Of a stretch of 64,000 bases of DNA, positions 1 through 9,529 are shown piece by piece. A model generated the notes under the pieces. It did no database searches, was not told where the DNA came from, and saw only the letters and a list, made by a program, of their open reading frames with translations. The stretch spans positions 9,614-73,613 of the IMG/VR virus record IMGVR_UViG_2721755523_000003. One strand, 5' to 3'. The first letter of the stretch is position 1, and each line of letters opens with the position of its first letter. The position numbers and the translations under genes were made by a program. This DNA comes from a virus (lineage: Duplodnaviria; Caudoviricetes).

Positions 1-280
1 CGAATTCATCGGCCAGGATGCGCAGCCTCATGCGCAGCCCGGGAATGGCGGACCAGGCCTTGAGCGTGCGCAGCGTGGCGCGCGAGATCCAGGCGCTGTT
101 GCCATCGCCCTGCAGCGTGATCGGCTGCCCCCCGTTGCGGGCCATGGCATCGATGATCAGCGTGCCGAAGATGCCGCGCTCGGTCTTCTGGGCGACCTTC
201 GACCAGGTCAGCTCATCCACCCAGATCAGGTCACGCGGCAGCTCCAGCACCTGGGCGCCGTTGGACAAATAAATGCTCAT
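1..280 (-). CDS. Phage tail protein downstream of tape measure (partial, runs off window)
   Basis: Manual translation MSIYLSNGAQVLELPRDLIWVDELTWSKVAQKTERGIFGTLIIDA..., starts 4 nt after the TMP stop; not in the ORF track. Confidence 0.75.
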   Translation of the reverse strand, partial: MSIYLSNGAQVLELPRDLIWVDELTWSKVAQKTERGIFGTLIIDAMARNGGQPITLQGDGNSAWISRATLRTLKAWSAIPGLRMRLRILADEF

Positions 281-284
281 GAGG

Positions 285-3200
285 TCAGGCTCCCAACTGG
301 ATCTTTTGCTGCTCGATCACGCGCAGCACCTCGCGGGCCAGCGCCTCGATGGACTGTTGGCCAGTCAGGTTTGTGGGAACGGGGTAGGCCATGCTGTTGC
401 CGATGTAGATGTTCACGATGCGGTCGATGCGCCCACCACCACCTTCGCCACCTTCGCCACCACCGCCGCCTCCTTGCCCACCGCCGCCAGTACCGCCGCC
501 ACCAACCTCGCCTTCGGCCTTCTTCTTGGCGGTCTCCATGGCTTCGCGGATCTTCAGCGCGTCAAGTTCCCGGTCGAACTCGAACATGGTGAGATCGCGC
601 ATGTAGTTGCCCAACTGCCCGGCCGTTGTACGGAACGGGTTGTCACGCTCGTACTGCTCCAGCCATGCCTGTTTCCAGGCCTCGGCCTCCTCCCGGCTGT
701 TGAACGTGGGCACAAGATCCTGGGCAGCGGTCGTGCCCCTGTTCATGTACTTGGAGTCGTCGACCTCGCGGTTGCGGTTGTCCTGACGCTGCTGGAAGGC
801 TGCGCTCAGCATCTGCCCCTGCTTGACCAGTTGCTGGACCTTGTCGGAGACCTTGTCTGCCTCGATGCCCATGCTGCGCAGCACCTCGGCCGCCGTGCGG
901 CCCAGCTTCTTGAAGGAGTCGCCCGCGTCATCCGTGGAGCGGCGCAAGTCCCCCATGGCCTTGAGCGTGGCCCGTCCTGTCTCGTCCACCTCGATCTTGA
1001 AGCCGCGCACCGCAGCCATGGACTTGACCCATTCGGGCGCAATGCCCTTGTTGGCGGCGATCGCGTCTTCGGCCGCCTTCTTGAAGCCTTCGCTCAATTC
1101 CCGGGCACTGGCCTTGCCGGAGGCCACCATGAATTCATAGGCAGATCGCGAGCTGCTCGCCACTTGCTTGAGCGCCTCATCTGAGGTGATGCCCAGCGCC
1201 TTCATGGCCTCGCGCAGGCTGTTGATGCCTGGCTTGGCCTTGTCCAGGGCATCGGACAATTCCAGCGCCTTGGTCTTCGCCTGGTCGAGGAGTCCGTCCG
1301 CCACCTTGTCGCCCAAGACCTTGCGCAGCTGCTCGACGCGCACGCGCACCTCGTCGAGGGCCTTCTGGCTGTCGGCGGTGTTGATAGCCTTGACCAGGCT
1401 GGCCTCGAGCACGCGGCCGGTGTCAATGCCCTGCTGCTTGAGACGATCGAGGCCCCGAATCACGACATCAAGATCATTCAGCGCGCTGCGCGACGCCTTG
1501 CCAATGCCGCCCTCCAGGGCGGTGAACTCCAGCCCCGTGCGCTGCACGGCGGCGCGCAGGACGTTGTCCATCATCTCGGCCACGCGCTCACCCTCGCGCG
1601 TGGCCGCCGCCAGGGCGCCCTGCAGGCGTTGGCGCAGGGCATTGACCACTTCCTCGGAGGCACCGGCCTGAATGGCCTCCTCGATCTGCTTGCCCAGCTT
1701 CCTGGCATCGCTCCCCGCACTGGCGAAGGCCTGGCGCGCCAGGATCTCGAACTTCATGAGATCCTGGCCCTCGAGTGCCTTGGCCCAGGCGCCCTGGAAC
1801 TCGCTCGCACTGAGCTTGCCGTCCGCGACCAGCTTGTCGAGCACGGCCGAGGCATTGCGGATGCCCGGAGCCGACCCCAGATCGAAATCCTTGCCGATCT
1901 TGGAGATGGCCTCGGCCGCCGTATCGCCCTCCTTGCGCAGCTTGTCGAACTGGCCAATCAGGCCCGTCGACTCCTTGTTCAGATCGAAGCTGCGGTTGCG
2001 CACCTCCTCCAGGGCCACGGCTTGGCGGCGCAGGGCCTCGGCATGCTGCCTGGCAGCCTCCTCGGCCAGGCGGGTCTGCGCTTCGTTTTCCTTGAGCGCA
2101 TCGCTGTGCCCCATGACCTTGGCAGCCGTTTCGCCCATCCACGTGCCGAGCTTCTTCAGCTCAGGCAAGAAAGCGACGACGGAAACAGCCAATCCCACAG
2201 GGCCGCCCAGAAACCCCGTGACAGCCCCTATGCCCCGTCCAAGCAGCCCGACCTTGCCAGTGGCGGCCGTTGCGGCGGCCCCCAGGGCGCCCTTCGCGGC
2301 CGCCGCCGTGGTCAATGCGGCAGTGCTGCGGGCGGCCTGGCGCTGCAGCTCGGCCTGCGACACGCTGACACCCTTGAGGGCATCGCCGAACCCTGCCCAG
2401 GACTTGGCATTCGCAGCCTGTGCCGCCGTACTGGCAGCCGAGGCCGTGGCGTTTGCCGCCTGGGCCGCCGCACTGGCGTTCACCGCAATGGCATTGGCGC
2501 GGTGCGCAGCCGTGTTCGCGGTTGTAGCCACGCTGTTGGCCTCGACCGCCTGCGTGGCCGCCAGCGTCTTGGCCGCCCAGCCCGCGAACCATTCGGAGAT
2601 CTTGGCAATCTGCATGGCGCCCCAGACCTTGCCGGCCGCCGTCAGCGTGTTGACCAGGATGTCAAGATTGCCGGCCAGGGCGTCGATGACCTTGGCCGCG
2701 TTCGCGCTGCTGATCAGGCCCTTGTCGGCCGCGCCCACGTACAGTGTCCACTGCGTGGAGAGGTTCTGCAAAGCACGTCCCACGGTGGGAGGCAGCTTGC
2801 CATACTCGCGCGCCACTACATCTGCCTGGCCTTCCAAGGCCTTCATCACAGTTTCCGCCGTCAGGGCGCCCTGCCCTGCCATCTCCCGCAGCTCGGCCGT
2901 GGTGACGCCCAGCCCCTTGGACAATGCTTCGGCCAGGCGGGGAGCCTGCTCCATGACCGAGTTGAATTCTTCGCCCCGCAGCACACCTGACTGCAAGCCT
3001 TGAATCAGCTGTGTGAGTGCCGCCTTGGCGGACTCAGCGGCGCCGCCCGACAGCTGTGTGGTCTGGTTGATGGTGGTAGTCAAGCGCAGCGCGCGCTCTT
3101 GCGCCGCAGCTGCGGCCATGCCGCCTTCCTGTGACGCCTTGGTCAGACGCGCGAACAGGTTGCCGGTTTCTTCCAGCGAGCTATTGGTCGCAAGGGCCAC

Positions 3201-4217
3201 GCGCTGCACGCCCCCGAAGGACTTCTCGAACAAGGGGCCTTCGCCGGTGGCGAGCTTTACACGGGCCTCGAGGTTCTTGAATTCGTCGGCCGTCGCAGCA
3301 ACGTCTTTTATCAGCCCCCCGAAGTAGCCGCCCCCGATAGCAACCGTGGCGATCTGCTGGATGCGCTGCAGCTGCGTGCTGATCGAGGACATTCCCTCGC
3401 GCAGCGTGCGCTGGTTCGCGGCCTGCACCTGGGTAGACTGGGAGGATGCCGCGGCGGCCTGCTGGTAGGCTGGCGCCATGGCCGTGACCGCTTCGCGGAC
3501 CTGTTGCACGGCGCCCTGCAGATTACGCTCCTGCGCTGCCAGGTTCGTGGTGCTCAGGCCCACGGCCTGCATCTGGTCCCGCACCGATGCCAAGGCGCCG
3601 TTCTTGACGCGCAGTTCGCTCGACAACCTCGCAGCGCTGCCAATGGCCAGGTCGTATTCCTTGCGCAGGGCAGCTTCTGCGTTCTGCGCTGCTGTGGCGG
3701 CCTGGGCTGCCTCACGCTGGCCGGTCTGCTGGGCCTTCAGCTCGTTCGTCGCAGCCTTGATGCCCTCTTTCAGTCCGTTGACGGTAGCACGGTAATCGTC
3801 GGTGCGCCGGGCCGTACTGGTGGTTTCGTCACGCACAGCCTTCAGCGCATCGCGCTTGCGCTGCAGATCTGCCTGGGCCTGCTGGGTTGCCGCTGCCGCA
3901 GTCTTTTCGGCTGCAGCCAGAGTCTGGGCCTTGCCTGCGGCATCCTGCACTTCGTTGCCCAGGCGGTCCACCGTGGTCACAGTCTTCTCGAAGGCCAGCG
4001 ACAGGGCCTGCGTTTCGGTGCGCAGCCGGCCAAATTCGCTTAGCGCCCGTTGCTTGGCTCCCAACGCCTCCAGGGCCTGGGCCGCGTCCTGCGCGCTTTT
4101 TTGCAGGTCGCCCTCGAGCACATCCCCGACATCTCGCAGCGTCTTCGCCAGTTGCTCGGCATCGGCCTCTCCCTTGACGGCGGCTTCGATGTCATATTTG
4201 ATCTTTGGGTCTGCCAT
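285..4217 (-). CDS. Tail tape measure protein
   Basis: 1310 aa Ala-rich helical protein with tape-measure core (ALTQLIQGLQSGVLRGEEFNSVMEQAPRL); position after tail tube. Confidence 0.92.
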   Translation of the reverse strand: MADPKIKYDIEAAVKGEADAEQLAKTLRDVGDVLEGDLQKSAQDAAQALEALGAKQRALSEFGRLRTETQALSLAFEKTVTTVDRLGNEVQDAAGKAQTLAAAEKTAAAATQQAQADLQRKRDALKAVRDETTSTARRTDDYRATVNGLKEGIKAATNELKAQQTGQREAAQAATAAQNAEAALRKEYDLAIGSAARLSSELRVKNGALASVRDQMQAVGLSTTNLAAQERNLQGAVQQVREAVTAMAPAYQQAAAASSQSTQVQAANQRTLREGMSSISTQLQRIQQIATVAIGGGYFGGLIKDVAATADEFKNLEARVKLATGEGPLFEKSFGGVQRVALATNSSLEETGNLFARLTKASQEGGMAAAAAQERALRLTTTINQTTQLSGGAAESAKAALTQLIQGLQSGVLRGEEFNSVMEQAPRLAEALSKGLGVTTAELREMAGQGALTAETVMKALEGQADVVAREYGKLPPTVGRALQNLSTQWTLYVGAADKGLISSANAAKVIDALAGNLDILVNTLTAAGKVWGAMQIAKISEWFAGWAAKTLAATQAVEANSVATTANTAAHRANAIAVNASAAAQAANATASAASTAAQAANAKSWAGFGDALKGVSVSQAELQRQAARSTAALTTAAAAKGALGAAATAATGKVGLLGRGIGAVTGFLGGPVGLAVSVVAFLPELKKLGTWMGETAAKVMGHSDALKENEAQTRLAEEAARQHAEALRRQAVALEEVRNRSFDLNKESTGLIGQFDKLRKEGDTAAEAISKIGKDFDLGSAPGIRNASAVLDKLVADGKLSASEFQGAWAKALEGQDLMKFEILARQAFASAGSDARKLGKQIEEAIQAGASEEVVNALRQRLQGALAAATREGERVAEMMDNVLRAAVQRTGLEFTALEGGIGKASRSALNDLDVVIRGLDRLKQQGIDTGRVLEASLVKAINTADSQKALDEVRVRVEQLRKVLGDKVADGLLDQAKTKALELSDALDKAKPGINSLREAMKALGITSDEALKQVASSSRSAYEFMVASGKASARELSEGFKKAAEDAIAANKGIAPEWVKSMAAVRGFKIEVDETGRATLKAMGDLRRSTDDAGDSFKKLGRTAAEVLRSMGIEADKVSDKVQQLVKQGQMLSAAFQQRQDNRNREVDDSKYMNRGTTAAQDLVPTFNSREEAEAWKQAWLEQYERDNPFRTTAGQLGNYMRDLTMFEFDRELDALKIREAMETAKKKAEGEVGGGGTGGGGQGGGGGGEGGEGGGGRIDRIVNIYIGNSMAYPVPTNLTGQQSIEALAREVLRVIEQQKIQLGA

Positions 4218-4239
4218 GTTGGCGCTCAGAGGTCAGGTG

Positions 4240-4422
4240 ATGAGAGGATTGATCTGGTGCATCGCACTGGTGTGCGCGGGATTGCCGCTAGCCCTGCTGG
4301 GCCTGTGGCTGGATTCCGAGCGCCTGATGGCGATCGGCGCCGGGGCCATCGCCACCGTGGTGGTGGGATGGCCGGTGCTGCTGCTGATGGGCGCGGTACA
4401 GACGTCTGCACCGCGCCGCTGA
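4240..4422 (+). CDS. Small two-TM membrane protein, antisense to the tail operon (moron-like)
   Basis: MRGLIWCIALVCAGLPLALLGLWLDSERLMAIGAGAIATVVVGWPVLLLMGAVQTSAPRR (60 aa); fills the gap between tube and TMP. Confidence 0.55.
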   Translation: MRGLIWCIALVCAGLPLALLGLWLDSERLMAIGAGAIATVVVGWPVLLLMGAVQTSAPRR

Positions 4423-5199
4423 TCAGTCGCCTGCGGTCGGGAGACGGACCTCGTAGCCCTCGGTCTTTCCGGGCGGCGTGACGATCTTCCCGGTCAGCGT
4501 GATGGCTGAGTAGTCCGAGCCCAGGAAGTCGAAACCGCTGTTGGCGCCCAGCACGCATTCGTGGACGTCCGCTTCGACAGGCGACCCGTCGACCATGTTC
4601 TTTCCATCGAAGCGCGCCTGGCAACGCACCTGGGTGACACGCCCGCCCAGGATCTTCTTGCCGTCGACAGCCTGGTACGTCGCGGTCAGCTTCACCACAT
4701 CGTTCTTGCCCGGCGCGCCGTCGACCGCAAGAACACGGATCTCCCCGCGCAGCCAATTGACCTCGTAGTGGGTGCCAAGGACAAATGGATCGCCTGCGCC
4801 ATCGGGGGCGAGAGAGAACCCCTGCTCCACCAGGTTGCGCTTGCCCACCGACAACCAGACGCCCACGGCGCTGATCGTCATTTCTTGAGCGGTGATCGTG
4901 CCGGCGCCCTGGGTGAGCTTCGCGACCAGGCCCTGGAACTGCATCGCCATTGCGGTCGTGCTGGCGGCCGACAGCTCGATAGTGATCTCGGTGGGCTTGG
5001 GCAACACCACCGAGGCCCGGGCCTGGCCATAGTCGAGGTGCGACCGGGATTCAGAGACCTTCTCCTCGAAATTGGGCTTGATCTCGAACTTGTCGGCATC
5101 CAGCGACGGCCCGAACCCGTCATAGGCCAAAGTGGCCGTGTTCCACGGGTTCAGCGAGACAAGGCCGCCAGCCAGGATGGCGCGTGCTGTAGTAGACAT
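4423..5199 (-). CDS. Major tail (tube) protein
   Basis: 258 aa from MSTTARAILAGG, preceded by GGAAGG RBS; beta-rich tube-like sequence upstream of TMP. Confidence 0.75.
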   Translation of the reverse strand: MSTTARAILAGGLVSLNPWNTATLAYDGFGPSLDADKFEIKPNFEEKVSESRSHLDYGQARASVVLPKPTEITIELSAASTTAMAMQFQGLVAKLTQGAGTITAQEMTISAVGVWLSVGKRNLVEQGFSLAPDGAGDPFVLGTHYEVNWLRGEIRVLAVDGAPGKNDVVKLTATYQAVDGKKILGGRVTQVRCQARFDGKNMVDGSPVEADVHECVLGANSGFDFLGSDYSAITLTGKIVTPPGKTEGYEVRLPTAGD

Positions 5200-5213
5200 G
5201 GTGATTTCCTTCC

Positions 5214-5240
5214 AAAAAAACAAAACCCGCGCGAGGCGGG
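5214..5240 (-). terminator. Possible intrinsic terminator inside late operon
   Basis: CCCGC-CTCGC-GCGGG then TTTTGTTTTTTT on the minus strand; short stem. Confidence 0.4.
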
Positions 5241-5264
5241 CAATCTGCTGAGTCGATCCGGCGC

Positions 5265-5726
5265 CTATGTCGGATCGCGGTAGGCGAGCGTGAACAGGCC
5301 CAGCACCAGGGCGCCGCCCACGTCGATGTTTTCGAGCTGGTAGCGCACCTCGCCCTCGGCCATGCCGCCGCCCTCGATCTCGATGCCCATCCGCGTGAGC
5401 AGCGGCATGCACTCGAGCACGGCCCGCTTGGCGACGCGGTAGTCGCCATGGGCCTGCTCGCGTGCGGCTTCCACCCGGCTGATGACACCGAGGGAGAATC
5501 CGTAGGAGCGTCGGGAACGCTGGCCGGGCTGGTCGCCCCTGGGCTTGTCCGCCTGGTCCTCCACGAACAGCACCCGCCCGCCCGCCTTCAGGTCGGCAGC
5601 GGCCAAGGGGTTGTCGCGCAGCACAGCACCCTGCAGACCTGGTGCGGCCTGCAGCGCCTGGTAGACGGTGCGTCCGATCACGAAAGGCGCGCCATAGCGC
5701 AGCACGTCAGGATGGGGCTGGCTCAT
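5265..5726 (-). CDS. Tail terminator/completion protein
   Basis: 153 aa, between head-tail joining gene and tube gene; overlapping start/stop. Confidence 0.55.
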   Translation of the reverse strand: MSQPHPDVLRYGAPFVIGRTVYQALQAAPGLQGAVLRDNPLAAADLKAGGRVLFVEDQADKPRGDQPGQRSRRSYGFSLGVISRVEAAREQAHGDYRVAKRAVLECMPLLTRMGIEIEGGGMAEGEVRYQLENIDVGGALVLGLFTLAYRDPT

Positions 5727-6058
5727 GGCTGCACGCTGCCCAGCAGCGCCTCCATCTCAGATCCATCGTTGACGCGCTTCGGCTCGGCCAGTACGCGGAA
5801 ACGGTCACCGATCCGCACGCCGATAGTGGGCTCATCGGCCAGCATGATCAGCACATCGCGCTCATGCAGGCCGTGGATGGAAGGCAGCCGCAGCGTGCGC
5901 TCTGCAGCGAAGACCCGGCCATCCAAGGCCTCGTCGTCCATGACGCCGAGAATCCCTGCGGCCGAGCCCACGACTGCACCCTGGCGCTCGATGGAGAACG
6001 TCAGGGCGAAGTCGTCGCCGTAGAACACCTCGCGCAGGTCGCGGTCGAGGTCCAGCAT
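5723..6058 (-). CDS. Head-tail joining (head closure) protein
   Basis: 111 aa, MLDLDRDLREVFYGDDFA...; size and position. Confidence 0.6.
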   Translation of the reverse strand: MLDLDRDLREVFYGDDFALTFSIERQGAVVGSAAGILGVMDDEALDGRVFAAERTLRLPSIHGLHERDVLIMLADEPTIGVRIGDRFRVLAEPKRVNDGSEMEALLGSVQP

Positions 6059-6060
6059 GG

Positions 6061-6465
6061 TCAGGCCTTTCCGCCCTTGGCCTGCTCGGCTGCTGCCTTT
6101 TCAGCGGCCAGGCGCTCGGCTTCGGCCTTCTCGGCTGCCGCCTTCTCAGCAGCCAGGCGCTCGGCTTCGGCCCTCTCGGCTGCTGCCTTCTCAGCGGCCA
6201 GACGCTCGGCTTCGGCCTGCTCGGCCGCTACCTTCTCGGCAGCCAGGCGCTCGGCTTCGGCCCTCTCGGTTGCCGCCTTCTCAGCGGCCAGACGCTCGGC
6301 TTCAGCCTTCTCGGCTGCAGCACGGGCCGCGTCGATCGCCGGGTCTTCCAGCACGCCCAGCGCGACCAGGGCCGCGCCCTCGTCGGCCTTGAGCGTGATG
6401 GTGCTGTCCACGTTGTGGCGCTTCCCGTCATGCTTGACGGGTGACAGTACGGTGTATTTCGGCAT
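6061..6465 (-). CDS. Virion-associated protein with ([15 protein letters not shown])n charged helix
   Basis: 134 aa from [15 protein letters not shown]; directly after the capsid gene. Confidence 0.7.
   Translation of the reverse strand: MPKYTVLSPVKHDGKRHNVDSTITLKADEGAALVALGVLEDPAIDAARAAAEKAEAERLAAEKAATERAEAERLAAEKVAAEQAEAERLAAEKAAAERAEAERLAAEKAAAEKAEAERLAAEKAAAEQAKGGKA
6085..6320. repeat. 45-bp tandem repeat, 5 full units plus a partial
   Basis: Units start at 6085, 6130, 6175, 6220, 6265, 6310; mostly third-position variation. Confidence 0.9.
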
Positions 6466-6470
6466 GGCCG

Positions 6471-7412
6471 TTACGCTGCTGCCGCGCCCTGGAACAGGAA
6501 ACCCGCCGTGGCGCCGACCAGCTCGGGGCTGTAGGCGTCGCAGACAGGGTAGTACCAGGTCTGCTCGTTCTTGCCGAAGTACGGCTCTTCGACCTGGGGG
6601 CGGTCCTTGAGCTGGTAGGTGTAGCCGTAGTTGGGAGATCCGCGCTGTTGCATGGAGGCCGGCGTGGTGTAAGCCAGGATGGCGTCCAGGCCCCACATGT
6701 CCTTGAAGCCACCGTCCTCGTAGTAGGTGGCTTCGCCTTCGACGATGCGATCGATCTCCAGCAGGCGCTGCAGCTGCTCGATGGTCGCCGGCACACGGTC
6801 CACCGTCACGCTGATGCGGTCCAGGATCTTGGGGTGGTTGCGCAGCGCCGACAACACCCGGGGGCCGAGGGTCATGACATTGGGCTTCTTGCCGATCTTC
6901 TTGCGGATCACTTCTTTGGCCTCGTTGAGATCCTCGGCCGGGTTGCTGTTGGGGTCGGTCCACTTGCTGGAGCCGGACAAGGCCGTCTTGTTCTCCGTGG
7001 GGTAGTTGGCAGGGTTGCGCGCCAGATCGGCTGCGAGCTTCTCGCGCTCATTCGCCATCACGTCCTGCACCGTGTTGACCGCCATGGCGCCCATGTCGAT
7101 GCCGGGCACGGCCTGGGCTTCCTCTTCATTCTCGATGGGCACCTGGCCTTCCAGGCGGTGGTCCACCAGCGAGTACTTGCCCTTGGCATAGCCCAGCTGG
7201 ATGCGCTTGGTGTTCGCACCAGGCGCACGTGCCGTGTTCACCAGGCGAAAGCTTTCAGGGCCGAAAACCAGGATGGTGCCGGCTCGCTGGCCGACCTGCA
7301 CGACGGGAAACAGGATGCTGGCGATCTTGGCATTCGGCGAGCCGTAGCCCCGCGCCACCTCGGTGAGGATGGGATCGACGACGCGGAGATCGGAAAGGTT
7401 GGGTTGCGGCAT
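6471..7412 (-). CDS. Major capsid protein
   Basis: 313 aa, [14 protein letters not shown]-terminus; follows protease and decoration genes. Confidence 0.85.
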   Translation of the reverse strand: MPQPNLSDLRVVDPILTEVARGYGSPNAKIASILFPVVQVGQRAGTILVFGPESFRLVNTARAPGANTKRIQLGYAKGKYSLVDHRLEGQVPIENEEEAQAVPGIDMGAMAVNTVQDVMANEREKLAADLARNPANYPTENKTALSGSSKWTDPNSNPAEDLNEAKEVIRKKIGKKPNVMTLGPRVLSALRNHPKILDRISVTVDRVPATIEQLQRLLEIDRIVEGEATYYEDGGFKDMWGLDAILAYTTPASMQQRGSPNYGYTYQLKDRPQVEEPYFGKNEQTWYYPVCDAYSPELVGATAGFLFQGAAAA

Positions 7413-7448
7413 GAGTTTCTCCAGAGAATGATTCAGGGATGGGATGGA

Positions 7449-7820
7449 TCAGGCGGCAGCGCTGACCAGGCCGGCGGACGGAACCAGCAGCACCTCGATG
7501 CGCTCGCCTGCTGCGGCAGCTACGCCGAGCGCCCGGGCCACGGGGCTCTTGCTGCCCACGGTCAAGGGCACGACACGGCCCTGCGCGTCGACCATGAGGG
7601 CTGCGTCCAGAGAGATGGCAGCGCCCGCCTCGACGATGGAGGTGCCCTGCACATCGACGGGCAGCAGATCGCCCGCCTGGGCTGCGCTGGTGCGCGTAAC
7701 GCCGAAGGCAACGCCGCCGGCGACGGGATAGCCGCCGGACTGCGTGACGAAGCGTTCGGCCGAGACGGCGGCGCTCGCCACCACGGTGAGGGTGAGAGTG
7801 GAAATGTTCCCGGAGGGCAT
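7449..7820 (-). CDS. Capsid decoration/cement protein (DUF2190-like)
   Basis: 123 aa Gly/Ala/Val-rich from MPSGNISTLTL; between protease and capsid. Confidence 0.7.
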   Translation of the reverse strand: MPSGNISTLTLTVVASAAVSAERFVTQSGGYPVAGGVAFGVTRTSAAQAGDLLPVDVQGTSIVEAGAAISLDAALMVDAQGRVVPLTVGSKSPVARALGVAAAAGERIEVLLVPSAGLVSAAA

Positions 7821-7857
7821 GTTGTGCTCCTGGTGAGGGGGTTGACGATTCGGGCGC

Positions 7858-9213
7858 TCAGCTGGCGTAGCCCAGTTCCTTGAGCGCGGCGACGAAGCTG
7901 ATGCCCTTCTCCTTCGCCAGGGTCTTGGCCTCTTCGATCTGCTGCACCCTGGTCTTTTCGCCCTTGTCGGCCGGGGCGGCGCTACCCTTGGCGGCCGGCG
8001 GCGCATCCTGCTTGTGAGCCTCAATGGCAGCAGCACGCAGCGCCTTCTCTGCACCCAGCACCGCCAGGCTGGCGTCGGCGGCCGAGGTCTTGCCATCGAA
8101 GGCCAGGCCCTGCAGCAGCTCCTCGTGGCCGGGCAGGCCCTCGCCCACGGCGAGGACCGCCTTGATGCGGTCGCGCTCCTGGGTGGCGCCCAGAACGATG
8201 AACTCGGCCTTGATGGCCGCGAAAATGGGGGCGTGGTCCTGCTCGAAAGACGCACGCGTGATGGGATCGGACATTGATGTTTCCTTTGGATCACGGGTTG
8301 AGGTTTTGTCTTTGGGCGCAGCACCGGCGCTTGCTGACGGGGCCACCGGCTTCTTGATCACGGCCTTGCGGCGCGACGCGAACTCAGTGGGATCTGCGGC
8401 CATGCGGTCCAGCAATGCGTCGAGGGTGGAGACACCGTCCACCAACCCCGCATCGATGGCCTGCTGGCCACGGAACACGCGGCCATCGGCCATGTGCTCC
8501 AGAACTTGCTCGGCGCTGACGCCCCGGTAACGCGCAACGTCGTCCACGAAAAGCGTGTAGACGTAGTCCACGTCCGCCTGGACAACGGCCCGAGCCTCAT
8601 CGGACAGGGGCTCGTTCGGCTTGGACAAGCGCTTGTATTTGCCCGCCGTGATGCTTTCCTGCTGCACGCGAGACGAGGGATCGAACTCGCGGTCCACCAC
8701 CACGCCGATGCTGCCCACGCTGACGACAGAGCCGCTGACAAAGATGGCGTTGGCGCCGCTGCCGGCCCACATGCCCGCGCTCAGCAGCATCTCGCTGGCG
8801 TGCACGACCAGCGGCTTGATGGCACCGGCATCGTGTATGGCCTGGGCGAACTCCGGCACGCCGATCACGTTGCCGCCAGGCGTGTCCATCGCCACGACGA
8901 TGCTGCGCACCCGCGCGTCTGCCAGGGCGCTTTCAATCTGCAGCGTGGCCTGCCGGGTGCTGATGCCGCCCGACACCCGCATGAACAGGTTGGCCTTGGG
9001 GGCCATCACGCCGGACAGCTTCAACAGCGCCACGCCGCCGGGCAAGACCTCGTACTCCTGCTGTTCGTGCGCCAGCGGCCGGCCCAGCCGGGCCTCGATG
9101 GCGTCAAGGTCCAGCTTCTCGCCGCGCAGGTGCATGGCGTAGATACCCTGGATCTCCCGCAGCATGCCCGGCTCGATGGCCCAGGCGCCAAGAATCATGT
9201 CGTGCAGCGTCAT
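7858..9213 (-). CDS. S49 (SppA/lambda gpC-type) prohead protease with scaffold-like C-terminus
   Basis: DTPGG motif, LSAGMWAGSGA, VGSIGV, DGRVFRGQQAIDAGLVD motifs. Confidence 0.88.
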   Translation of the reverse strand: MTLHDMILGAWAIEPGMLREIQGIYAMHLRGEKLDLDAIEARLGRPLAHEQQEYEVLPGGVALLKLSGVMAPKANLFMRVSGGISTRQATLQIESALADARVRSIVVAMDTPGGNVIGVPEFAQAIHDAGAIKPLVVHASEMLLSAGMWAGSGANAIFVSGSVVSVGSIGVVVDREFDPSSRVQQESITAGKYKRLSKPNEPLSDEARAVVQADVDYVYTLFVDDVARYRGVSAEQVLEHMADGRVFRGQQAIDAGLVDGVSTLDALLDRMAADPTEFASRRKAVIKKPVAPSASAGAAPKDKTSTRDPKETSMSDPITRASFEQDHAPIFAAIKAEFIVLGATQERDRIKAVLAVGEGLPGHEELLQGLAFDGKTSAADASLAVLGAEKALRAAAIEAHKQDAPPAAKGSAAPADKGEKTRVQQIEEAKTLAKEKGISFVAALKELGYAS

Positions 9214-9217
9214 GGTG

Positions 9218-9529
9218 TCAGCCTCCCCTGCTCGGCCCGCTGCTCAGGTAGCGGTTCACATCGTTCATGGACTTCTGCAGATCCTTGACGTCGCGCCGGA
9301 TGTCCGTCAGCGTTTCTTTCATGCGCGAGTCCTGCTCGCGCATGCGCTCGATGGCGACGGTGGCCTGGATCTCGGTGACGCTGACGCGCTTGTCCAGCGT
9401 GCTGTACGCGGAAAAGCCGGCCACCAGAAAGCCGACGAAGGTCAGCATGTGACCGAGGTTGATCGTCGGGTCGAACACCATGCGGCGGCGGTGGTGGGTC
9501 TCGGTCAAGGGGGCGAGATCAGTGCTCAT
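9218..9529 (-). CDS. Single-TM plus coiled-coil protein (holin/XhlA-like shape) between portal and protease
   Basis: 103 aa MSTDLAPL...TINLGHMLTFVGFLVAGFSAYSTLDKRV...; ATGA overlap with portal stop. Confidence 0.65.
   Translation of the reverse strand: MSTDLAPLTETHHRRRMVFDPTINLGHMLTFVGFLVAGFSAYSTLDKRVSVTEIQATVAIERMREQDSRMKETLTDIRRDVKDLQKSMNDVNRYLSSGPSRGG

Noticed and set aside
273-3003. Long plus-strand ORFs (273-1184, 1629-2990, 1672-3003)
   Set aside because: Antisense shadows of the GC-rich tape measure gene; no RBS or family motifs.
4423-5412. ORF-track start at 5412 for the tail tube (and long starts for tig 38362, lon 34787, helicase 18115)
   Set aside because: The upstream extensions overlap other genes or lack an RBS; downstream ATGs with RBS were used.
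6085-6320. 45-bp tandem repeat as a CRISPR array or DNA-level element
   Set aside because: No spacers; in frame within a CDS with mostly synonymous variation.
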